In this document: positions 25,575 to 40,242 of the stretch, piece by piece
Layout of the letters: the number at the start of each line of letters is the position of its first letter
Numbering within the stretch: position 1 is the stretch's first letter
From: Tubiluchus corallicola
Taxonomy: Eukaryota > Animalia > Priapulida
DNA length: 64,000 bases
Direction: 5' to 3'
Assembly: GCA_030141605.1 (NCBI GenBank)
Contig: JAQGDQ010000060.1
Location: 372,001 to 436,000 of the forward strand
Made by a program: the position numbers and the translations under genes
Notes under the pieces: model-generated
The model's database searches: none
What the model saw: the letters and a program-made list of their open reading frames with translations, nothing else
Told to the model about the DNA's origin: nothing

Positions 25575-26431
25575 TATATATAGATATGTGTATTCAATTT
25601 TTATGTAAATAACAGTGTCTATTTGTGTATCTATACTGGTGTAACTGAAATGGAACTGGACACTGCTAACAAGAGACTAAATGACGAACAAGAAGAACCC
25701 AATATGGAATAAGTAGAACATCTCCATTGTCGTTTTCTACAGTCAAGAAAAGCGTAATTTGATACAGCTTGGGTCCGGAATAAACTGTTCACGTGGTTAT
25801 GATCTCAAATACAAATAAAAGCCAGAAATAGACCTTTCAGTTCAACATAACTAAAACTCCTAGCAGCAGGAGAGCTCAGCCGAGGAGTAATACAAACAGT
25901 AGCTGACGTTTTTTATACAGCAGGCGAGTGACGCATTATAAACATGCCAGTGTATTCCTGGGTGGTGTGTGTCAGGCCATGAATTGTACAAAGGAGGAAG
26001 CTCAATTTCTTCCTGTGGTGATGTCTCAGAAACCGGAAGCGGATTGAGCTGCTGATGCATTCATTCAATGAAGCCGCCTATCTTTTTTTCATACAAGAAC
26101 ATACAAAAGCCTCAAATAATGGCAGGGAACTACAAAGTGTAAGGCTCGGTTATAAAATAATATGAATACGGGTAATATGAGTACTTGCTGATATTCCTCT
26201 CCAGCAGATGATGCGTTAATCAACTGGGAAGCAATTTTCCTGTAGAGAAATCCATAGATAAGAGGCCCTGTAAACAACTTTTGATTTAGCTGAATGAGTA
26301 TCTTTATAGCAATCTGTCAGCATTTTGAAAACAAGAAAGACAGACCCCCGAAAAAATCTTCCATAAAAGTTGTCTCAATATTGCCAGACAGAAGGACTTA
26401 CTGGCTGACTATTGAGTGACTAGTTAAATTG

Positions 26432-26531
26432 TTGATGGACTAAATCATTTAATAAAGATGAATGACTAATTTATCAACTCTTTGATGGACTAAATCATTT
26501 AATAAAGATGCATGACTAATTCATCAACTCC
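26432..26531. repeat. 50-bp tandem duplication
   Basis: TTGATGGACTAAATCATTTAATAAAGATG.ATGACTAATT.ATCAACTC at 26432 and 26482. Confidence 0.9.
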
Positions 26532-26623
26532 TTAAACGTCTTCTTAACTATTTGGCAGACAATTTCATGAATAATGTCTGGCTGCTTATGAATCCATTTA
26601 TCAATGTTTAGACAATTGATTAA

Positions 26624-26856
26624 TTACCTGCCTCCTTGGTTAGTTGGTTGTAGTTGTTTGGTTAACCTGCCTCCTTGGTTAGTTGGTTGCTTGGCTGTAG
26701 TTGTTTGGTTAACCTGCCTCCTTGGTTAGTTGGTTGCTTGGTTGTAGTTGTTTGGTTAACCTGCCTCTTTGGTTAGTTGGTTGCTTGGTTGTAGTTCCTT
26801 GGTTAACCTGCCTCCTTGGTTAGTTGGTTGCTTGGTTGTAGTTGTTTGGTTAACTG
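26624..26856. repeat. 47-bp tandem repeat, about 5 copies
   Basis: Unit TTAACCTGCCTCCTTGGTTAGTTGGTTGCTTGGTTGTAGTTGTTTGG (first unit 39 bp). Confidence 0.95.
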
Positions 26857-26929
26857 ATGTACCAAGAGACTTTTATACACCAGCTCGTTTGTTAGTTAGC
26901 TGATATCTTGTTTTATTCTTCTTTAAGAT

Positions 26930-27246
26930 TTGTATTGTATCTTGTATTTGGATTGTCTTAGCTACCGAAAATATATTGTATTTTGTATTTGGGTTGTCTT
27001 AGCTACCGAAAATAAAGTTTATTTTGTATTTGGATTGTCTTAGCTACCGAAAATATATTGTATTTTGTATTTGGATTGTCTTAACTACCGAAAATATATT
27101 TTATTTTGTATTTGGATTGTCTTAGCTACTGAAAATATATTGTATTTTGTATTTGGATTGTCTTAGCTACTGAAAATATATTTTATTTTGTATTTGGATT
27201 GTCTTAGCTACCGAAAATAAAGTTTGAATTGAACTGAAATTGAATT
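26930..27246 (+). repeat. 41-bp tandem repeat (about 7 copies) derived from a LINE-like 3' end
   Basis: Unit TTGTATTTGGATTGTCTTAGCTACCGAAAATATATTGTATT; last unit ends AATAAAG plus a (TTGAA)n-like tail. Confidence 0.9.
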
Positions 27247-29429
27247 TCGGCACTAAGAGACTGCTCTATACACTAGCCTGTTGGTTGAATGAAAATGATT
27301 AGTATAATGACTGAATACTTGGTTGCTTCCTCGAATGAGTAATCAACTGACCGACTCGCTACCCGACTCAACGACAAGATAAATTACAGTTGATCGACCA
27401 ACTACTGACTGACTGGTTGAGCAAACGATTGCTTGGTGGCTGACTGAATGAATGAAGTACATTTTGCAAAGTTGATAAATGAAGTCCCTCGGCTACAAAA
27501 ATGGGTCGAGGGGCTAATGGCCGAGTGGTCGTTGCGCGGTTGCTGCAGAGCTACAATGCATTGCGAAGCTGACTCAACTCAGTGCTCAGCCGGATCGAAA
27601 ATGTTTACTGCCACTTAAAATGACGACGTGAAATCTATTGGCACGCCCCCTACCCAATGTTCAATATGATTTAAAACTTTTATTAGAACAGTTACTTGCA
27701 GACGGAATTGTAGAACGGATAATCAATTTATGTAGGAATTCTGACTAGATGTTTTAACGTTTGAGAGATTATTTTCAATCAGAAAGCGCTTTATCTAACT
27801 GTGCCTGTTTCCAAAGTTCACTATATGAATGCTGTTATTTTTATGTATGAAAATTTTAGAATCTGTCAAAAACTAGAGAAGCAGGGACAAAAAGAAAAAC
27901 TTGTCGCGAAGTTTGTCTCATAATTACTTCGCGTTTGATTAACTTGACTTGTGAAACATTACATTGTTTGTCCTCTTGCTCATTTCTCTTTCATAATTTT
28001 TTCATCTCATTCCCTCCTTTTTTAGGCTTGTTATAACGTTGAAATAGCTTAAATTTCCCTCTAATCTTACTGTACTTATTTGCTTCTGAATGACATTTTA
28101 CATTAATAGTGTTCCAGTTTTCTGTATTTAAGCTGTGTAACACGGGTCTACCTTGAACATTTAGACCTGTGGGTTAGCCAGGCTAATTGTTCAGCTGTGT
28201 TTTAGTATAGTGGTATTTTAGTATTGATAATAATTATGTTATTTGATTCTGTGATTGTACCAACTAATATAGTTATTATAATATAATTCTTCGTGATTTG
28301 TCAATGATTGTGATGTTTGATTATTTGATTGTAAAAGCTAACAGGCTTAATAATTGTGGGCAAACTTTAATTCGGTATCAGCTCTCCCCCTATTTCCTTA
28401 CCCTATTAGCCTAGAAGAAAAATTTGGAACTGAAAACAGTTTTATTAAAGCAAGCTGGGCACGAGTATTTCATATGACACTGCAAAGGTGATTTTAAACC
28501 TATTGGGTAAGGGGGCTAAGAAGCAAGTGTGAAAATGGTCTCCTTGGAAACCATAATTCCTCTTGTGGATGTAAGATTGTAAGCACAGAAATCAAATATC
28601 TTTGGCAAATTCATACAACCTCTTCTGCAGACATTATATTAAACGTATTTTAAATGAAACGTACTTGAGTTTTTCAAGTTTGAATTGCGGTCAAAAAAGC
28701 TTTATCAATCGCGAGTGCTGGCTACGGATAGATAACCCTTTCAACGGTGGGTGTAGTAGGCGTATTTAGAATTTGCGAGAGGGTCACGGCGTCCCGCAAC
28801 GGACGTTTTCCCGGACCCAACTCGCGACTTTTTCGAAATTTTGACCACACAGCCTTTGGAAAAAACGTTCTAACGGCGCCTGGTGGGACTCTCAAAAGGA
28901 GATATATAGCTCTTTAGAAAGAGGAAGAACAGGGCTACACGATGATGTGGGCTATATTTTAGGACAGGTCCACCAAGAGGAGTAGCGAGGAGTTAATTAG
29001 ATGTTTCATTTTTGGCAATTTTCGCTTGGAAAACTGCTAACGCAAAGCCATTGTTCCGACGTCATCCATTATACTCTGCTTATAACTTTAATTCAGTAAA
29101 AGCTGCTAAGTTCACGGTATTTATGGATAAATGGAAGAACTGCCATGGCCATTCTCACACGAACGAGCCCACAAGACAGTCAGTTAATGGCCTGCAGAGG
29201 AAAATCTTTGAATTTTCGCTAAAATTCTTGCAAAAATCACGGAGGTTTACATTTGATGAGAGCATTTACGATCCGAAGACCGTAAAAAGAGTCGACATTC
29301 TTAATATTGGACGCAAAATGGAAGGCAAACGACAAGTTACGACCTGAGTGTTGACATAAGTGACTTTACGCGACGGCAGTGCATTTTATTCGGGAAAATT
29401 GTGACGAAACGTGGTGAATTAAATTGTTT

Positions 29430-29692
29430 CGATTTCGATTTATTTATTCATCCATCAAACACAATACAAAAATAAAAGTTAAAGAATTACTAATTAACAA
29501 TGCATCACAATGCTATGAGCGCAGGAGAAGAAATTAACTTCAATATGGATAAGATTAAATTAATGATATAAACAACAACTAAAAAAATACTGGAGCGAAG
29601 CAAACAGATGCGAGAAAATGATAATGACGATGTTGATGATAATGATGACACCGATGGCGATATTAATGCTGATGACATTGTGTTGAAATATG
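29430..29692. repeat. dispersed repeat, copy 1
   Basis: Colinear with 44545-44805 (TTTATTCATC..CACAATACAAAAATAAAAG..ATGGATAAGATTAAATTAATG..TGGAGCGAAGCAAACAGATGCGAGAAAA plus GAT tract). Confidence 0.85.
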
Positions 29693-29820
29693 TGTGTGTT
29701 ACCACCGTTTACTTACGTTTTATTTAAGAAATGTCACAATCAAGTTCCAGGCCAGAAAAGAAAGATTTTCAAATAAGAATAAATAACAGTGATCATGATA
29801 AACAAGAGAACATCCTTCAT

Positions 29821-30216
29821 AAATAAAGCTTAGGTGCTGCCTTATTGCATACAGAGCTTGCATTAACAGTAATGCTGTATACAACTTGTAAATTTTAACT
29901 TCTGCGATGACCGTTTGGATCAGCTATTTTAACGGCAAGCCTTTTGCTACAAGTTTACGTAACATTCTGCAATGTTTGAAAAAATAATCACACTATTCCC
30001 TCTTGTCAATAAGAACAATAATGTGGTTTTTGATGAATCAGTGGTGCACACTGGGATGGCGATACAGTGCTGTTTTCCAAGTGGCACAAATATTTTAAAT
30101 TATTAAGAATTTTCCTCTTCAATTACAAAAGTCTTTCAAACAGCTAAGCGTATGGTAAGTAATACAACTTTATATGAAAATTTTTTGAGACATTTTAAAA
30201 TCCGCGTTTCTTGTAC
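29821..30216 (+). mobile_element. Kolobok-like MITE, copy 3 (diverged)
   Basis: Colinear similarity to 391-870 and 5441-5899. Confidence 0.65.
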
Positions 30217-30947
30217 GGAAGAGACTGAGTCCACAACAGTATTTCAGTCTTAAGTTATGATAACTGTACTTAATCATACGTCACTTGAGCAAAGTGTTTA
30301 ATTTAATTAACTTTATTAAGTCATTGTAAATTGGAATAATATAGCTAGTTAAATTGATCTGTTAGATAAAAAATTCATATCTATAGCCATCCAAGTGACT
30401 TTAAAGATATACTGCAGTTTCTAATATTTTTCATGTTAATTCAGTCCAATCAAGCCATCTGGCATCCATGATGAATAGATTCATGGATTTCACGGATGCA
30501 GCAAAGTTCGTTACACCAGACAAGTTGCGGGGACGAAATAAAGTACAGTTTGCTTCTGCATCTTAGATTTGCATCAATTCCTTCCTCACAAAGGGAAATG
30601 GATGCCGAAAGATAGCACAGAAACAAAATAACCATACTACTGACTAAATTCTACAGGTTGGCTTAGAAAACTTTCTGAAATGTTCCACTATTGTTAGAAA
30701 CGCAATTACAACCATTAGTTTAGACTCATTAGATCTTTAGCACCACGGAAAGATGGAACTTTGAAGTGAAGAGAAGTAAGTAAATAAAGTAAAATTTTGT
30801 TTCAGACTAAAAATATCCACAAAAACATATTTACAATCACATATACATAAAATTATGCAGAAGTAAAAAATTAATTGGAAAATGCAGTGCAGGAATAGAA
30901 ACTGGGAACAATGTAGAGGAATCTTGATTAAAATGCAAACAACTTAC

Positions 30948-30953
30948 CTGTGG
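30948..30953 (-). other. candidate 6-nt microexon (CCACAG) or recursive splice site
   Basis: Minus strand TTGATTTACCTGTGTATTTGCAG|CCACAG|GTAAGTT. Confidence 0.35.
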
Positions 30954-31290
30954 CTGCAAATACACAGGTAAATCAATAGGTAATTTTAAATGTTCACCGT
31001 AAAATAGGTGCCTGAATAAGAGATGTACAGTGGAGATTATTATTATTATTATTATGAATCTTTTGCACAAAAATACAAATTATAATACATGTGCAATTAT
31101 AATACAATATGTACAAGTGTTGCTCTCTATTTCCACGGCATAAGTACTTAACGTTAAATACAATCAAACCGGGAGTTAAATGTACATATATAAACTGATA
31201 TCACAAATACGTGTATCAATTATTTACAATGTCTTTACAGTGGTAAGAGAGAAATTGAGAACTATCTTGATTAGAATACAAACAACTTAC

Positions 31291-31391
31291 CTGTGTGGAA
31301 AATTTTTTCTCTCAGTTCTTCCCCATCTCCCAGTTTTACAAGTTGACTCAGAAGCGGTGATTCTAGCTGTATTTGTACTAATGAAGTACAT
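31291..31391 (-). other. candidate 101-nt exon
   Basis: Branch-like CACTAAAC, acceptor ATTTTTCATTTTCGAAATTTTTAG|, donor CAG|GTAAGT; open in two frames (CTSLVQIQLESPLLSQLVKLGDGEELREKIFHT; MYFISTNTARITASESTCKTGRWGRTERKNFPH); no homology recognised. Confidence 0.45.
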
Positions 31392-31649
31392 CTAAAAATT
31401 TCGAAAATGAAAAATGTTTAGTGTGTTGTAGATGCACTTCATAACCATCACAGAACTCCAGCAAATTCAGTGAAGATTTATCAGGTTTGACAAATATGAT
31501 GTACAACCTGATACAAAACTTGCTACAGTTTCCTCTATTGCCAGTGAGGCATAGATTACTTTAAAGCAAAACAAGTGATGTACAAAGTTTTCCACTCTTG
31601 GCAAAAATGCAGTTTAGCCTAAATTATACTTTAATAATTTAAATAATGT

Positions 31650-31816
31650 TGCTCTTGTGGAAACTGCGTTCCTCTAAATTAGAATTACGGACAATCAAAG
31701 TACAACACAAATCAGAATTATTGATGTATTTCAAAGAAGAAACTACAAGACCATTCTAGGAATAAAATGACCAAAGAAAATATCAAACCAGAATCTGTAT
31801 AATAAAGTCAAGGCAG
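31650..31816 (+). pseudogene. RTE-like LINE ORF2 remnant (region C-terminal to RT)
   Basis: Translates IIDVFQRRNYKTILGIK*PKKISNQNLYNKVK, matching the RTE pattern L(D/E)xFxxRxLRxILxIxWxxxISNxxLY; preceded by ALVETAFL*; contains in-frame stops. Confidence 0.65.
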
Positions 31817-32269
31817 ATGATGCTTTCCATAAGAGACTGCGATGATGCGAAATCATTTGACTTTCCAAATAGTAACTGCATTAGCTAAATACCCTGCCGT
31901 CCCAGTTTAACTTCTAAACTGACAATTTTCAAGTCTTTTTAATCGTTGCCTCACAACTTTGCCTTATACACATTTCTTTATAAAATCCTTGGCGATAGAG
32001 ATGTATTTTGACAATGAATTTTGAATTTTCGCAAAAAGACGTCTTCACACATACGACAACAGATTATACTACACTTTTCGAGAACTCGGCACTCGGCAGA
32101 CATGAAATTGTAGCATAAACCAGCAAAATAGTTGAAATCATCCGCTACTAAACTGCTGAATTTGCTAAATTTTTGCATGAATAATTCATAATTGTGTTAA
32201 TACATTAATAAAACTACAAAGGCAAGACTTATAAGGATATTGCAAATTTACCAGTGTTTGCTGCTTTCT

Positions 32270-32427
32270 CTTTCTTCCCCCCCCCTCTCTCTCTCTCCCT
32301 TTCCCCCTCTCTCCCTTCCTTCCCTTTCTCTCTCGCTCGGTCGCGCTCCTTCTCCACCCCCCTCCACCCTCTCTCTACCCCTCCCTCCCATCCCCCTCTC
32401 TCTTCCTTCCTTCCCTCTCTCTCTCTT
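32270..32427. repeat. CT-rich microsatellite tract
   Basis: Direct inspection. Confidence 0.9.
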
Positions 32428-33011
32428 TGTATGTACTTGTTATTTATTATCATTAGCGAATTTTATAGTTTTTATGCATTTATTTATTTTGTTTTGTAAT
32501 TTTTTGTGTGATTTAGTGTAATTATTGTTTGTTCTGTATTGGATATGAATAATCATGTTTAAAATAAAGCAGTAAATAAAAAATCAATCAATCTCTCCTC
32601 TCTCTCCCTTCCCCTCTCCACCGCCATGTTCCAAAAAACCTTTGTAAGCCATGAAATATTGTTCTTTAGCGTTTTATAAACATGGTTTATCCGCAAGCCT
32701 ACTGTAATAGCCAACATAAAGTGTTCACCATACCGTATACAGGCTGTACCCAACATTCCTCTATGCTGGGACCAACTGATATTGATATAAACAATGTGCG
32801 TCTAGTGTAAGATAACCAACTAACGGATTTTGTGGCACAGAACAGCCTTGTCTTCCGGTTCTTTCAAACTTGAAGTGTTATTTCTACCCGCAGCTGGCTT
32901 GAGTGTAATGGGGTCTCTACTTTTGGCTCATACTTGACCTTGTACATTGTAGATGAGTTTTAGATCACAGTAGGCAAGGAGGGGGGTACAGAGCTGAAAC
33001 ACAGCCATGTG

Positions 33012-33818
<807 letters not shown>

Positions 33819-34964
33819 CAGAAAGTCAGAACTACAATTTAGTTTTCGCTCGCTCTGAGCCCCTCTCCCTCTTATTCTGCCACTAATCTTGTTTTCTGAT
33901 CTTATACTTACCCGGTAATCTACATCACTTTTCACAAGTCTTGATGTGTTTCTGCTAGCATAAGCTCGGGATAATTTAGAGTGGGGTTTTTCAGCGGTCT
34001 TCTATTTCAGTCTGTAATGTTATCCTAGCAAACCTTGTCAGTCTAAACTAACATTCTCAAAACGCTACCGAGTTTTTTCCCTCGACTGATTGAGCTCGAA
34101 CGACAGATGAGACGCGTTCAAAAATTATCTCTTCGCTTCTGAGTCGGCTTTCCGAAAACGGTTATTATTTCAAGTTGCAAAGTCATTTTACCGGAAAACC
34201 ACGTGACTGAAAACGTTCTCTCGCTACATGCACTAAGTTTGCCAAACTTCATTTAGCACTTGGTCGAGTCGGATTCATCGGCTTCTTAATTAGATGCTAA
34301 TTAAGCTTGTTTGTATTCATGCAGCATCAGTACCAATAATAGTCAGTAGGTTCTGTTATCTTGCATGTAATGATGTCCCAAGAGTGTTCCGTCACACTGA
34401 GTGGCGCAGAAAGAATGTGTCGAAGCTTAGACGAAAATAATATTGGAAGCAAATGCACTGCAAAGTTGAAATTTCACAGCATCATGTTACAATATGTGAA
34501 AGTTACAGCTTTATAGTCTCAGTAGTTCTTATGTTATGGCCAAAAAATTTTGCACGTTAAATAGATGCAAAGAGGCAGATATATAAGAGGTTACCCAGGT
34601 GAGGAAGAGGGCAGAAAAAAGACATACACAAAAATGAGGCAAAGTAGAGACATCAGAAGTGACTCTGAGCTTTGGCATACAGTGAAACATAACTTCATTA
34701 TTATTGTACTTCCTTCTGGGACTAGGAATCACACTGTGTTCTTTACCTAAATGTTTGGAATAAATGAAAACAGTACTTCTCAAGACTGAAGTTAAAGCCG
34801 TTTTTGCTAACTTTACACTGTGCGATCGAGTCAAAGCTACAATATAAAGGATAATTCTCCCAGATGATATATCTATGACGCACTGAACCAGCAGAGATGT
34901 CTTAGCCTTATACGAGACAAATAGAACAGCTCAGAAAATGACTGGAGGCTTCAAAACAGCATTA

Positions 34965-35550
34965 TTAGTTTAGTTTAAACATAATTTATTATAAGATTGG
35001 ATCAGACAGTTTGAACAACATGATTTAGGATCCTCACCACAACAGACTTTATACACTATTTACAAGAACATTTACAGTAAGAATAGGCTATAACTACACA
35101 AGCTGACAAGTTTTACTACAAGATTACATTAGACATTAGTAGAAAATGACGGTTAGAAAATATTAATGTACGAATATTTAAGACTGATGCATTTCATATC
35201 AGATAGAAACTACTGGAAGCGTTTAGTACGTAATATAAAGTCATGTATGCATTGGAATAATTTACAGTTAGCAACATAGTTAAATTCATCTTTTCCGAAT
35301 AATACCAACTTCAACAGATCATTAGTTCCTAAGGCAGCTATACTAAGGTTTTCAGGCAGAAGCATTTCGTTTAGTTTATCAAACATAACAACCCTAGTTT
35401 GCTGATACAATGGGCAGTGCAACAAAAAGTGTTCAACAGACTCAAATCGAAATCCACAGTTACAATTCGGCAATACTGGATGACCGTTATTATCTTTACA
35501 GCCTTTAGAGAAAAGGTCATAGTTTAGCTGAGAAAATGCGATTCTCAGCT
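34965..35550 (-). mobile_element. 5'-truncated LINE (CR1/L2 group) with ORF2 C-terminus and 3' UTR
   Basis: Encodes LRIAFSQLNYDLF...PNCNCGFRFESVEHFLLHCPLY (CxCx6-7EHxLLxC zinc-knuckle-like motif of LINE ORF2); ends AATAAATTATGTTTAAA(CTAAA)n. Confidence 0.85.
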
Positions 35551-35854
35551 AAATTATCATTATGACCATTACTGTTTTCATTGCCGATGTTGATGTCACT
35601 GTCGCAGTCATATAAGTTACCAGCGTCAAGCTCAGTTAACGTGAAAAGGCAATTGCTTAATCTTGCCGTATGTGCATTTGGAGACATTTTTATTCTTACA
35701 ATCTTAGGAAACTTAAAGGAAAACCGAATGATTGTTCATACTCAATCTCATTTTAATTTACAGTTCAAAATATACGTTTTCTTTCCTATTTCCTATCACC
35801 ATTTCCAAAAGTTAGCAATTGTTTCCTATATTTGAATATCTAGCTTAGAAAGTT

Positions 35855-36540
35855 AATTAACGGTAACCGAACACTATTGCTTACGTCAGAAACTAACCAC
35901 AGTTTGTGCAACAATAGGCATCTTCCCCTGCGCGTCAAGCACATTTGCGTGAGTGTTACTGTTTAAACGCGCGATGTCATGAAAATGGGCTCTACATCAT
36001 ATGACGTCAGAAACTAACAGTGCAGTTCATGATCATGGTTATCACGGTACCGCCTTCTATTTGTCGGCCACGTGCATGTGATAAAAAGGCGCCGTTGCCA
36101 ATCTTAGTAGATTCCCTGAGCCGCGCGTAGCTTTGAAAATTAACGAAATTTGAGCATCCGAGGTAATTATTATTTAATCTAAACTTTGATTTAAAAAAAG
36201 CTATTGTAGGTTTCAATATTTTAGAGCATTTTTTATTCTGAACTCGTGTTTACACACATTCGTCCGGTTTTCTTTTAAGGTTGTGTATAATTTATCAGTA
36301 TAATGTATCAGCGTGTAATGAATCGGAAGCTGTCTAACTTTTAATATGATACGAGCGCCAGGTGTATTTCTATTAGACTTAATCTTATATATTTTGGTTT
36401 GATTCATAGATAATGTAAGCACAGTTTACACGTCAAGCAGAATGAGAGTGAAAATCTTATATGCAAGAAAATTTTAACAGTGATGTAAATTTTACTTCTG
36501 TAATTAGACGTCATTGGCGTAGTTTGTTATACCGTTAATT
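35855..36540. mobile_element. Crypton-like or unclassified TIR element
   Basis: Inverted ends AATTAACGGTA...TACCGTTAATT with further subterminal similarity (ACTA..GC..T(G)ACGTC); internal repeat ACGTCAGAAACTAAC twice. Confidence 0.5.
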
Positions 36541-37287
36541 GTTATTTGTGTTATTGTTGTGAGTCATGATTTATTGTATTTTTCTATTGTTTTGTGAAGT
36601 GCATATTTCGTTAATATTTGTAAAATTGGAAATAAAATATTAAATCTAATGAAATCGAATCACCATCGCTGTATTCATTCACCATTACCGTCATTGCTGC
36701 AGCCGCTGCCGCCACCACCCACAGTCGTCATCGTCATCATGTGCAAAGGATCATACAGTATTCCCTGCACTTGCCTCACGGCAGCAACAAAAAAGCCAGC
36801 AATTCCTAACTGAATATTATCCACTAGCCCGCCTGAAATTTATGATAACCTAATTAACGGCAGGAAAGTTGTAAATTTCCAACATTATTAAACCGGAATC
36901 TGTAACATCTAACAGCGGCGACTTGTTATTATGCATTAGCGCCTGATTCGTAATTTATGTTTCATAATAAAGGCAAGGAATATACAGGAGATATATTAAT
37001 CACGTAATAATATAAACGTATGAAGCAAAAATGATGGGGAGAGAAAACTTAACGTTGCTTGGCATGCTGCAAATTGTCCTCGCATCCAAGAACATATGGC
37101 AGCCAGTAATAGGGAAACCACTGTATTACCAGGGTATGCTGAAACTAGCCTTAAAAGTTAGTGAGAAAACTGACAAGAACGGACATGACTAGACAGTGAA
37201 TTTGGTAACTACCACTAGTCGGCATACTATAGGTCACTGCAATATCAAAAGTGAGAGGGAGCCGAGACAAGACAGTGAAGTTGGTGG

Positions 37288-37718
<431 letters not shown>

Positions 37719-39066
37719 ATAGCACACCTCGAAGATAACAAGGATGCATACAGGGACGAAAATGGAAAAAATGAGTTGATTACTGTCTAAGGGGACACTG
37801 CAACATGGACGCGTATAAAAAGCAGAAATAACATTAAGCAATAACAAAATAGTCATTACCCTTGCTGGTAAACCTTTGAGCCACACTGATAGAAAAACAA
37901 ACAAAGAAACAGACAGACAAAGAGACAGACAGACAAAAAACAAGAAATAGCAAGACCGGTTAGTCGGTGATAACATCACTGGGCTGGCAATACCGTCCTA
38001 TTACTATAATAATAAAAATACACTGAGCTACCTAAAGAGACGGAAATGAAAAGAATGGATGGTTATTTCCTACGAGGGTACGGCGACTCGACAGAATACC
38101 CACCGTGTGCAAACAAGAGAACAGCCATGTCGACTGCTACATGTAGCTTTTCCTTTCAGCTTTTATCTTGCACATTATGAAAACATGCACATGTAGCAAC
38201 CTTCCTGCCTAACTTCACAGCCAGACGATTTGGGCACGCCCTATACGCGTACATACACGGCTTCTCGATCGCCCCGATGTAATTAGTTTCAACGTTCGTA
38301 CATACAATTGACTGTGAGCGATTTGGCGGCTTCCTAAATGATTGCACTTCGCGATATTCAGGTTTGTGAGCGATTAAAGAAGCCCGGTAAGTGGGCAAGT
38401 GCACACGAGGACAGAAGAGATTTTACTAAAGTTCAGAAAATCTGGGAAATTTCGTTGGTAAAATGTTTCATCGATCACCAGTCACGTCTGACGCGCAGAA
38501 CAGGGTCAACATTCGTGCACTGCACAATATTTTTTCTACATGGCTGCTTTTACGTGAAATACGCTACCTGTATTTATTTCAAACACTTTAAGATGACTTC
38601 GCTTTCGTTAAGTCTTTAATATCACATTTTTCACACATCATCTTCCTTATACACATATACCTTGTAAGCTTTTTCATCATCTTTATCATCTTCATAACTA
38701 CTGTCATCATATTCATCATTCACAAGCATCACAAGACCACAAACTTGTTATAGAAGTTTAGCTAACACGTTTCCATCAAGCTCATTACCTCTCCTACCCA
38801 CCCATGTTAATGCTTACCGCTTAACATCCATTTACATGTTCCATTCTGTTTCCGATTTTCCGCTAACCCTAGCAGGATTGAACCTTTTCAACGACTAATC
38901 GTTCATCTCCGGTGTATTTTAGTCTCGTTTAGAGACGCTTGAATGGACGCAGATTTAGTGCTAAATGGCTTTTATAGATAAAAACACTCATTCATCACCA
39001 AGAAGCCAAACCTTGCCGCGTTTGCAGCATGAATTAACTAATAAATATCCAGGCCACGTCATCATA

Positions 39067-39116
39067 GAGAGCGTGAGAGAGAGATGGAGAGAGATGGAGA
39101 GAGAGGGAGAGAGAGG

Positions 39117-39149
<33 letters not shown>

Positions 39150-39197
39150 GGGGAGAGAGAGAGAAAGAGAGAGAGAGAGGGAGAGAGAAAGAGAGAG

Positions 39198-39243
<46 letters not shown>
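39067..39243. repeat. compound (AG)n-(TG)n microsatellite
   Basis: Direct inspection. Confidence 0.97.
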
Positions 39244-39246
<3 letters not shown>

Positions 39247-39908
39247 ATCACCTCTTGAGTCCCCATCACATCTCTCTCTCTCCCTGCCCCCCCCGTCTCT
39301 CTCTTCATCCCTCCCTCTTGTCCCTCTTTCAGACTCTTCTCCTTCTCTTCCTCCGTTTCTCAGACTCCCCTCTCCCACCTCTCCTATTTCACCTCAATCA
39401 TAAAGCAGTTAGAGAGAAATTGCAGCCTCCAACTCTGGGAACGTGACAGCTGGCTGGTATTTATATGATTATAATTTAGAATCAACAATGCCGTGCAGAT
39501 TTTTGACGGTAAGAATTTTGGAAAACCGGCGGAGACGATAATTCTTATTAGCAGATCCAAGGGATTATATTCCCACAACATTCTGCTTTTGCATTAGAAA
39601 ACACAAGACTGGATGATTGGGAAAATATAATGAGAGGCAGAACCGAAAAGTAGGTAAATTCTTTCCATCTTTTTGCAGCAGACACAACAAAAAACATGAA
39701 GGTTAAAAAACAGCCAAACGCTAAAAAATGAAAGTACGGACACGGGTTAGTTGTAACACTAGTAATGCAAGCAAAACTACGTCATAGTTATCCACTCGTC
39801 AACTGCAACACTAATTAACTTAAGCTAAAAGGGCCAGAAAAAGTTAAAATAATGAGTTTGTTACATTGAAACTTCTACTTCGATTAAAAGTTGCAGTGAA
39901 ATTTCGTT

Positions 39909-40242
39909 TTAGTTAGTTAGTTTAAACATAATTTATTTAGGATTGGATCAGACAGTTTGAACAACATGATTTAGGATCCTCACCACAACAGACTTTATAC
40001 ACTATTTACAAAAACATTTACAGTAACAATAGACTATAACTACACAAGCTGACAAGGTTTACTACAAGATTACATTAGACATTAGTAGAAAATGACGGTT
40101 AGAAAATATTAATGTACGAATATTTAAGACTGATGCATTTTATATCAGATAGAAACTACTGGAAGTGTTTAGTACGTAATATAAAGTCATGTATGCATTG
40201 GAATATTTCACAGTTAGCAACATAGTTAAATTCAACTTTTCC
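39909..40242 (-). mobile_element. second, shorter copy of the same LINE 3' end
   Basis: Near-identical to 34965-35297. Confidence 0.9.

Noticed and set aside
25860-26060. DTHHPGIHW, resembling the Polinton/adenain protease PGxHW motif
   Set aside because: The downstream YFDS/QC motifs and other Polinton genes are absent.
27900-28400. Possible minus-strand LINE endonuclease remnant (PTIIKP..TIIDK..; LNTENWNTI)
   Set aside because: Too fragmented to support without a profile search.
30736-30756. REST/NRSE-like TTTAGCACCACGGAAAG
   Set aside because: Mismatches in both half-sites, and REST is not expected in a probable invertebrate.
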